From Octopus vulgaris (Eukaryota), in NCBI GenBank assembly GCA_951406725.2, contig OX597836.1, positions 5,270,001 to 5,334,000 on the forward strand: DNA of 64,000 bases, written 5' to 3'. The position numbers and the translations under genes were made by a program. Below, piece after piece: positions 53,471-64,000 of the stretch (position 1 is the stretch's first letter; every line of letters starts with the position of its first letter). The notes under the pieces are model-generated. The model searched no databases. It saw only the letters and a program-made list of their open reading frames with translations, and was not told the DNA's origin.

Positions 53471-54071
53471 CATATATATGTATATATATATATATATATA
53501 TATAACTATATATATATACATAAACTTATATATGGATAGATGGATGTGGTTGTGTGAGTTTTTGACAAACAACAAACACTTGTAACATGATTTTGTGTCT
53601 TTTTGTCTCTTTTATTTTAAATATTTTTCTGTGTTCCCAAATATTTATTACACGTTTACATGGAATTTTTTGTCTATGCTCTACGTTTCCCTAATTAGTG
53701 AAGGCCTTTTAATCTTCAGGGATCTTTGTTCTTCAGTTTATGCAGTTATTCTACAATCTTACATTATGTTGTGAATTACACTTTAGTTTGTACGAAAACA
53801 TTTCACTCATAAACACAAACACACATACATTCGTATCTTCACTCACGAACACACAATACCAAATGCGTCTTTATCAGCTACTATATCTACAAAAAGAAGA
53901 AAATAACACCAAATATGATGTCAAAGACATCGTATGCAGTAACACCAACAAAACGCAACAGGAACGAGGCTAATAACAATCATGTCAACATGAAGAACCT
54001 GATGGATTTCAATAATAACTGCATAAAAATAAGAACAGCATTGACAGTACAATATGCGTATATGTATGTAT

Positions 54072-54305
54072 GAAGGCGGCGAGCTGGCAGACACGTTAGC
54101 ACGCCGGGCGAAATGCTAAGTCGTTTTTCGTCTGTCGTTACGTTCTGGGTTCAAATTTCGCCGAGGTCAACTTTGCCTTTCATCCTCTCGGGGTCGATAA
54201 ATAAAGTACCACTTTCGTACTGGGGTCGATGTAATCGACTTAGTTCCTTTGTCTGTCCTTGTTTGTGCCCTCTATCTTTAGACTCTTGTGGGCAATAACG
54301 AAATA
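54072..54305 (+). mobile_element. Full-length tRNA-derived SINE family S2 (central domain resembles the MetaSINE-type core)
   Basis: Head gaaggcggcgagctggcaga...gggttcaaatttc, core gcctttcatcctctcggggtcgataaataaagtacca; multiple copies in the window. The Meta assignment is from memory. Confidence 0.88.
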
Positions 54306-54529
54306 TATATACATGTATGTGTGTGTGTGCGTGCGTGCATGTGTGTTTTTGTGTTTGTCCCTAACGCTGCTTGATAACCAGTGTCGGCGAGAGAGAAAGA
54401 CAGTATAAAAATAATAAGCAGAACGGCCGATTCGTCCGATTTCAATTCGTCAAGTTGATACTCCAGCGTGGCCGCAATGTAATGACCGAAACAGGTAAGA
54501 AATAAGAAATATTACAAACGATAAGTATA

Positions 54530-54685
54530 GGCGCAGGTGTGGCTATGTGGTAAGAAGCTTGCTTCCCAACCATTTGGTTCTGGGTTCAGTCCCACTGCGT
54601 GGCACCTTGGGCAAATGTGTCTTCTACTATAGCTACACGCCGTCCAAAGCTTTGTGAGTGAATTTGGTAGACGGAAAGAGAAACC

Positions 54686-54737
<52 letters not shown>

Positions 54738-54960
54738 GTGTGTGTGTGTGTGTGTGCGTCTATGTGTGCCTGTGTGTGTGTTTGTCCTCGCACCATCGCT
54801 TGACAACCTTCGTAACTTAGCGGTTCAGCAAAAGTGACCGATAGAATAAGTACCAGGCTTACAAACAATATGTCCGGGGGGGGGGGCGATTTGTTCGACT
54901 AAAGGTGGTGCTCCAGCATGGCCGCAGTCAAATAACTGAAACAACTAAAATAATGAAAGA
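54530..54960 (+). mobile_element. Near full-length SINE family S1, preceded by a decayed S1 3' half at about 54345-54510
   Basis: Matches 38242-38660. Confidence 0.9.
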
Positions 54961-54967
54961 ATAAGAA

Positions 54968-55043
<76 letters not shown>

Positions 55044-55916
55044 GCATCAACAACTTCAATGGATAAGAAATTGAAAGTTATTAATGGCGAAAAGAATAGC
55101 AGCAACAAGGAATATACCGATGTTTTTCTATAACAATCGACTGTTGGAACAACAGACTAATGGTCAGCGATGGCGTAAACAAGTGTCACGTTAATAGGAG
55201 GAAGTACAGTAACAACCATATGAGTGATAACAACATCAATATTGACATGACCATCACTAGTAAGGACAATCACAGCAAGCGCAACGGCTGTGTTGACAAC
55301 AGCAGCGACACAATGCTAATAGAGAGATTCAGAGGAGGAACAACTGATTTTGTATATTGGCAGGAAAAATTGAAAGGTAAGAGCGAAAGTGAAAGAAGAA
55401 ACGAATGAATGTGGTGGTAGTGGTAACGGAAGACAGAAGCGAAAACAATAACGGGAAGATGAAGAGCGGCGAAGGAAGGAGTAAGAGGAAAACGGAAAGG
55501 AGGGAAAGAAGAATGGAAAGAGTAACAATTGGAATAGCAATAGTAAAGGCAAATCTCGCAATATCAACAACAACGAGACGTGAATCAGCGCCACCGACAG
55601 CAACATCAATGTCAAGGAAACAGTTAGGAAAATAACGATGGCAATATCACGAAAATGGGAATAAAAAAAGAACAACAAAAACAAATAAAATAAACAGCGC
55701 CAATAGCAAAGAAATAAAAATAAAATAAAAGTGTCAAAAACAAAAACAACGAGAAGAACAAAGATAACAACAAGAACAACAGAAATAACAACAGCGATAT
55801 GTGCAACAACGTCAATGCCATTATGAACAACAACAATAATAATGATGTTAATAATAATTTTAACTTAACGGCAACAACAATAGACAGAAAAAAATGTGAC
55901 AAGTACAACCGAAACA

Positions 55917-55926
55917 TGATGATGAA

Positions 55927-55964
<38 letters not shown>

Positions 55965-56183
55965 CGACGACGACGACGACGATGATGATGATGATGATGA
56001 TGACGATGATGATGATGACGATGATGATAATGATGACGACGACGACGACGACGACGATGATGATGATGATGATGATGATGATGACGATGATGATGACGAT
56101 GATGATAATGACGATGATGATGATGATGACGATGATGATGATGACGATGATGATGATGATGACGATGATGATGATGATGATGA
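55917..56183. repeat. (GAT)n/(GAC)n array
   Basis: Direct inspection. Confidence 0.97.
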
Positions 56184-57099
56184 TCAACAACAATATCACC
56201 AATAACAACAGCAGTAGCCTCAACAAGAGTAGTAGGAAAATAAATAAAGATGATAACATCGGAAACCCTATCGCTAGCAGGGGAAGTCAGAGCGACAACA
56301 GCAAAAGCAGGAACAAATTTGCAGAACAATGAAGGGGGAGGTAACTATAACAATGTCAAATAACAAGATCGGTAACGCCACCGCCCTCACCATCAACAAC
56401 AACAAAAAAGAAGCAACGAGTTGTGCAGAGAAATTAAATAAATTAAATAAAAACAGGATCGTGTCAACACGAACAACAATATCGACAACAAGAATGAAAA
56501 AAAAAACACACCCACACAAACACAAACACAATAAAAGTATAAAGTAAGAAAAAAAAAAGTGTAACATAGAGGAACCGGAAGAAACGTTCATGTAACAATG
56601 TTTACAGTAACACAACAACGACGACGATGGTGATATTAACAACCACAACAAGAACTACAACATCAACAACAGGAAAACATCCAGAGATTTATTAATAACA
56701 ACAGCTTGAGCAACCAAAATGGTGAGGTGGAGAGCATAAAGCGTAACAACAGCGATGTGGGAGGCAAAAATATGACGTAACGATGGAGGCGGCAATGAAC
56801 TCTCAAAACAAACATATTATGGCCGCCATTTTTAACGTCGGTTCTAACGTCCTCTTCATCGACGCCTTCACCATCGTTGCTTTCATCATCATCATCATCA
56901 GCAGCAGCAGCATCATGGTTCTCGTCGTCGTCATCAGGAGTAACATCATCGTCGACCTCCTCTTCCACATCATCATCATCATCATCATCGTCATCCACAC
57001 CATCATGATCATCATCAAAATCATCATCAACAGTAGCAGAAACATCGTCATATTCATCATCATCAATGTTTTTTTTTTCTGTTGTATCTTTTGTTTGTT

Positions 57100-57300
57100 G
57101 TCTTGTATTTAGTCCTTAGACTGCGGCAATGCTGGAGCATCGCCTTCACGTTATATAATCGAAGGCATTGATCCCATTACTTACACATTTTTAAAAACAG
57201 GTGCTTGCTCTATCACTCGTCTATGCCGAACCACTAACTTACAGGGATGTATACAAACCAACACCAGTTATTCATTGGTGATGGGCACTAAGACAACCAC
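57100..57300 (-). mobile_element. Decayed SINE family S1, 3' half
   Basis: gactgcggcaatgctggagcatcgccttc...gccgaaccactaacttacagggatgt. Confidence 0.72.
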
Positions 57301-57368
57301 CCACGGACACACACACGCACACACGAGTGTACACAGTCACTTACACTCTCACATATGTACCTCTCTAT

Positions 57369-57424
<56 letters not shown>

Positions 57425-57646
57425 GTATATATTCTCAAACGCAGTAATATAAATTTATCCTGAGTTTGAGGATTTAAAATCACTTTTTTAACTTTCTAAG
57501 ACAACTCAACGCTTCTAAAGCAAAATTCGTTTCTTTGTTTACGTTCATCGTAATTTGAATTTAATATATATGTGTGTTTGTACCTATACACACACATATA
57601 TATCCTTGGAAGAGGATGAGTGGCGTTCTATCATAAAATAATAAAG

Positions 57647-57694
<48 letters not shown>

Positions 57695-57773
57695 CTTGAA
57701 AGAATAATATATACATATATGCATATATATATACGTATATGTACATATTTACATCTATAAGTATATGTATGCA

Positions 57774-57841
<68 letters not shown>

Positions 57842-58145
57842 ATACATATATATTCTATTGAAAATCCAATAATTTATTTATATTACAATATTACATTGAG
57901 TACTATGAATATAATATATAACATAATATAATATAATAGAAATAATTATAAAGACCATTGAATTGTCAATAAAATATTTCTATATTGAAATTATCTTTAT
58001 AATTAAATTATACCAACATTTATACGGTCTCCAACAGAAGAACCAGCGAATTGGATGTTTAACACACCCCTCTGAAGTATTTCTTTTCACCAGCTTCTTA
58101 CTATATATATATATATGTGCGTATATATATCTATATATATGTATG

Positions 58146-58186
<41 letters not shown>

Positions 58187-58209
58187 AAATAAGCAACAAG
58201 TGGCTGATG

Positions 58210-58340
58210 TGTGTTTGTGTTTGTCCCCCCCACTATAGCTTGACTGAGGCTTACAAAGAATGAGTCCTGCGGTCGACTTTTTCGACTAAAGGCTGTGCTC
58301 CAGAATGGCAGCAGTCAAATGACTGAACCTAATAAAATTC
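58210..58340 (+). mobile_element. SINE family S1, 3' fragment
   Basis: ggcttacaaagaatgagtcctgcggtcgac...gactaaaggctgtgctccagaatggcagcagtcaaatgactgaa. Confidence 0.8.
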
Positions 58341-58786
58341 CTAAAAGTAAATAAACAACGATAAATAAATAAATGTATAATTAAAAAGTAAATAAACAAT
58401 TATAAATAGATAAATGAATAGATAAAAATTAAATAGAGGCTTCCTTAACGAAAATAACAACAACAACAACAACAACAACAACCTACGGGGCGGCAATACT
58501 GGAAGTCCTTGCAGGAGCATCAACAAATTAGCATGTAAACCTGGAGACAGGAATCAACAACAACGACAATAACAGCAGCAACAACAAGTAAGGCCACGAG
58601 CAACATGTTCAGCAACAATAGTAACAATCATAACAAACATAACACGGGAATAACAACACTCTAGAAGAGAGAAAGACAAGAAGAAAGAGAGGTAGGGACT
58701 CAGCTTGACAACAAAGGTTTCGTGAATTGTGTACAAATATAGACAAGCAAAAAAAAACGGCGATATGAACGTCATCAGCAACAACG

Positions 58787-58826
<40 letters not shown>

Positions 58827-58909
58827 CAACAATAACAATGATAATAACAACAACAACAATAACAATAATAATAACAACAACAAAAACAATAATAATAATA
58901 ATAATAATG

Positions 58910-58981
<72 letters not shown>

Positions 58982-59237
58982 TTAATCACGCCAAGAATCA
59001 GAAAGCTTCACATAACAATGGAAGACTAAAATGGCGAAGAAGATAAAGAAGAAAAACCACAACAACAATAGCAAAAACAAAAACAACCACAATAGTATCG
59101 CCAACTGCTTCAACAGCAACGGTGATATCGATGAAAATAAAGACAAGGAATTATATTGCAGAAAAGAAGGGAAAGAGAGATGTAGAGCAATGCGAGGCAA
59201 GAGCAATTTTTATAAGAGGAAAGGAAGGAGTAGAAGG

Positions 59238-59501
59238 AGAGAAGAAGAAGAAGAAGAAGAAGAAGAAGGAGGAGGAGGAGGAGGAGGAGAAGAAGAAGAA
59301 GAAGGAGGAGGAGGAGGAGGAGAAGAAGAAGAAGAAGAAGAAGAAGGAAGAGGAAGAGGAAGAAGAAGAAGATGAGGAAGAAGAAGAAGAAGAAGAAGAA
59401 GAAGAAGAAGAAGAAGAAGAAGAAGAAGAAGAAGAAGAAGAAGAAGAAGAAGAAAACAATAAACAGAAGAGGCGGAAGTAGGAGGAGGGGATGATGATGA
59501 C

Positions 59502-59542
<41 letters not shown>

Positions 59543-59545
59543 CAA
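59238..59545. repeat. (GAA)n/(GGA)n/(GAT)n arrays
   Basis: Direct inspection. Confidence 0.95.
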
Positions 59546-60807
59546 GAAGGAGATTGAGAAAGATGTAGGAAGCGGATTGGGGCAAGAGGAGTAGAGAGAG
59601 AGAGAGAGAGAGAGCAGTCGCACGAGGAGAAATAGAACGCACACACATACACACGCGAACTGACACACATGCATTCACACGCAAACACACCCACCCACAC
59701 ACACGTACACACATACTAAATACACGCTACACACACTTACGCACACTCATACACACACCCTGACGCACACGCAGATATACACACATGTGCACACACGCAC
59801 ACGCACGCTCATACACACACACACGCTCATACACACACACACACGCACACATGCGCACGCACATACATACCTACATACATACATGCACACAAACTCGCAC
59901 ACGCACAAATAAAATAAAACCCGGCTGGAAAGCGATGACAAGAAGAACAGGAACAAGGAACTGTAACGGTTGGGCAACAACCGCGAAAGCCCCGTGAACA
60001 ATGGCGTCAGAATTTAACCACCGTAGAGGCGATAAGAGGGTAACAAAAGGATCATGGCGCATAGGAAAAGAAGAATAACAACGAAAAATAAAAATGAAAT
60101 ATATAATATAAAATAAATGACCAACAGCAACAATATGTTATGTGCAACAACAATGAGGAGGTTAAATAAGGTTCAAACTAGACACGGTTTTAGGGACAAC
60201 AGAATCGTATTTCTTTCTATGTATAAACTCGTATGAAAATGTGCGTACGAATGTGCAGTTGATTTTACTTCCGGGGGAGTATATATGCTTATATATATAT
60301 ATATATATATATATACGTATGTATATACATCCATCCATGCATATATACATACATATATGTATGTGTGCGTGTATGTGTGTGTGTATATCCCGCTATCTAT
60401 CTATCTATCTATTTATCTCTCTCTCTCTCCATATATATATGTATGTTTGTATGTATGTATATATATAAGGCAGGCGGAATAAATGAAGCCTATTTTATTA
60501 GTTACCGTGGTCAATACAAAACTGATATACGTATATATATATATATATATATTATGTATAAACACACAGAGAGAAGTAGTGAGAGAGAGAGAGAATGAGA
60601 GAGAAAGAGAAGAAGCAGTAAGTGAAAGTTGAACAGATATATAAGCAGGGGGTGGACTTACAGATATCGCTAGAGTTTAAATTAGAGGTCAGACAAAATG
60701 GCTGAAGTGAGTGAGGCACGCGAAGTGAAGAAAGCGAAACGATAACACGTTGTTCATGCGAACATTCTGCATATATATATATATATGTTGCTTACTTGAT
60801 TTATATA

Positions 60808-60839
<32 letters not shown>

Positions 60840-60849
60840 AGTGTGTGTG

Positions 60850-60986
<137 letters not shown>

Positions 60987-61314
60987 TATATATATATGTA
61001 TATATATATTTATGTATATATATAAAGTGTGTGTGATGAGAATAGATCAATGCAAAACAATGAAGCATAGCTTTTTATAATGTCGGAGAACATTTTCAGT
61101 GATCATCGAGGGAGAATATTTTTGGCTAAATAATGTGTTTATTGTTTTGCCCTTAGGATAGTTGCCAGCTTCAATATTGGACAAACGAAGTTTATTTAAC
61201 GTTCGCGGGAGAGCAGATTTATTTCTGAAGAAGTATAATCTTATAAAAGATGTGTGGTTTTGTATAAATGGACATATAAACGTTGGCACACGCACACACA
61301 CGCACAACGCACAC

Positions 61315-61402
<88 letters not shown>

Positions 61403-61598
61403 ATATATCTATATGTACTTATATATACATAAGGCGCAAAGACACACATTCAGGTACGTATTGTGTATTTGAGCAAACATTAATGTAGAGAGGTGAGAGT
61501 GCTTTGTAACTAATAATATGAAAGCTATTGTGTATAAGAATATATGTACGTGTATGTATGTGGGTATGTATATATAAAATTATGTATGTATTTGTGTT

Positions 61599-61651
<53 letters not shown>

Positions 61652-62570
61652 GTATATATATATATAAGTGTGCTTGTGTTGTAGTCTGTCTGTATGTTTG
61701 TGTCTGTGTCTTGTCTTTTGCCTGTGGCCATAGTACAACACTTGTCGATGAGATTTTCTAATATATTTCATTACATTTCCCTGGCCTGCCTTCCGTGTTT
61801 GGTTTTGATAAATTCAGTGCTGGACATTCCTTCCCTTATTTACCTATGTGCAAATGTATGTCTTTGTGTGTGTGTGTGTCTGTGTGTGTCTGCGTATGAG
61901 TACACAAAGAAAAGAAGGGCACTCAATACAATTATTGGGAGCTACATGCGTGGATCAAAAGAGTTTGAATCAAACTCCTTGGTACTCTGATCTTCAAGCT
62001 TGGCGCTATTTGGGGGCATTGGTGTAGGAATGAGAGTAGATTCAGCTGAACTCTCATTCTGACTCCAATGGCCGAAAACTAGCAACACGCTGGTGCCAAG
62101 AGTACCACGCAGTTCGAATCAAACTGTTTTAATCCACACGCAAGATATATGATGACTCATGGCCGAATGGTTAGGGTGTGGTCCAAAACCTAGCTTGAGT
62201 GGTGCATTGCCTGCCTTCTTGAGCAAAACCCTTCGGCTCATGTGGCTCTCACATAGTGGTGTTTGTATACGAAAATTTCTAACATTCAGCGGTAACTCTA
62301 AATATCAAGAATTACCTGAAGAGATCTTTTAATAGGGATTAAATTGCCCTGAGAAGACAAAAGGTAACACATATTATTAACTTATTAAACCTTTATTAGA
62401 TTTGGTAGTATTTCATGGTTACTAAGCGAAATAGGGTGATTCTACCAGCACTGAATATATATATATATATATGCTTCTCTCTTACAAGATGCCATCCTCA
62501 AAACATGAACTTACTTCTGCATTAATTATTGACTGCAGATATGCGTGTGGATGCGCGTGTGAGTGTGTCT

Positions 62571-62619
<49 letters not shown>

Positions 62620-62793
62620 CAATAAAAATGCTTGAAGATTATTCATTACCGTTATTACTGTGTAATTATCTCCCAATTTTGTCAGATTATTTCTATGATG
62701 CGAAGTTGCTGTCGTAAGCCGTACAGCTTATTAGAGAATTTCATACGGAATAACACACTCTCTTCCTCCCTCTCTCTCCCTTTCCTTGTGTGG

Positions 62794-62893
<100 letters not shown>

Positions 62894-62927
62894 TAATAGT
62901 ATGTATATATGTATGTATATATATTAG

Positions 62928-62966
<39 letters not shown>

Positions 62967-63055
62967 GTATGTGTTTGTGTGTGAGAGAGAGCACGTACAT
63001 ACGTACATATATACATACGTATGTATGTATATGTATAGAGAAAAAACGACATTAA

Positions 63056-63122
63056 TAGATAGATAGATAGATAGATAGACATAGATAGAAAGAGAGATAG
63101 ATAGATAGATAGATAGATAGAC

Positions 63123-63187
<65 letters not shown>
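63056..63187. repeat. (GATA)n microsatellite
   Basis: Direct inspection. Confidence 0.95.
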
Positions 63188-63671
63188 TTCACATTCTCTC
63201 TCTGTCTCATTCTGTGAATCGGTAATGTCTTTAAGAAGCTTCTGGATAAATGGCGCTTTAGTCATTAGACCGAAAATGACTGAGTCTACTCGAATCTCCA
63301 TGAACACTTAACGCAACAGGAAGATTTGTGGCCGAAAAGTCACATCCCATTATGAATGACGGCCATATTCAGTTGATTCTAAAGGCAATACCCAGCATCA
63401 AAAGGAAAATAAATAAATATTACGGATAGATCCTTTGTATGGCGCTTTACAACACGACTACAAACCTACACAGCGCATTCAACAATATGAATCATCACAA
63501 TAAAACGGTGAAGCAGTTTTGTTTGAATAACGAGTATAATATAGAGAGATATTTGCGAATATTGATATTGCAATAAAGCCATAATTTTTATAAATATACA
63601 CTGAAATGTCCACTGGAAATGGTGAGTGGTCTGGCAAGGCATTAAATGCTCGTGTCCATTAGGAAAGTACG

Positions 63672-64000
63672 GGTGGTGGTGGTTGTTTTGGTGGTGGTAG
63701 TTGTATTAGTGGTGGTGGTAGTGATAGTCGTGGTAGTAGAAGTGAGGGTGGCGATGGAGGTAGCGGTGGGGGTAGTGGTATTTCCAGTTGTGTTGGCGGA
63801 GGCGCTGGTATTTGCAGGTGGTTATCGCGGTGGTGTTTCTTGTGATAGAGGTGGTGGTTGTGGTGGCGGTGGTGGTGGTGGTGGCAGTAGAGGTGGTAGT
63901 GGTGGTGGTGGTGGCTGTGGTGGTGGCGGTGGTAGTGGTGGTGATGGTGGTGGTAGTAGTTGTTGTGGAGGCGGCGGTGGTGGTGGTGGTGGTAGTGGTG
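63672..64000. repeat. Degenerate (GGT)n low-complexity tract
   Basis: Direct inspection. Confidence 0.9.

Overview
AT-rich, microsatellite-saturated eukaryotic non-coding DNA (gene desert or large intron), most likely from an octopus. That call rests on recalled resemblance to octopus tRNA-derived SINE families and on the repeat landscape; no database search was run. No intact host protein-coding gene, rRNA, true tRNA gene or CRISPR array is supported, and nearly all listed ORFs are microsatellite translations. Recognisable content: at least five tRNA-derived SINE families; decayed LINE 3' ends (RTE x2, CR1-like, R4/Dong-like ending in (TAA)n); a Penelope-like GIY-YIG endonuclease remnant; a decayed Tc1/mariner element; and two MITEs. 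The most notable signal is a set of type I hammerhead-ribozyme (HHR) motifs in several short non-autonomous Penelope-type elements. One has an intact core (11620-11660). Five related copies carry subfamily-fixed non-canonical cores. Two sit in fold-back inverted duplications, and one appears fused behind a tRNA-derived Pol III head. There is also a ~340-bp head-to-head SINE hairpin and a 3' stem-loop shared by a SINE and a neighbouring RTE LINE. All alignments were done by eye, so ends of decayed elements are approximate.
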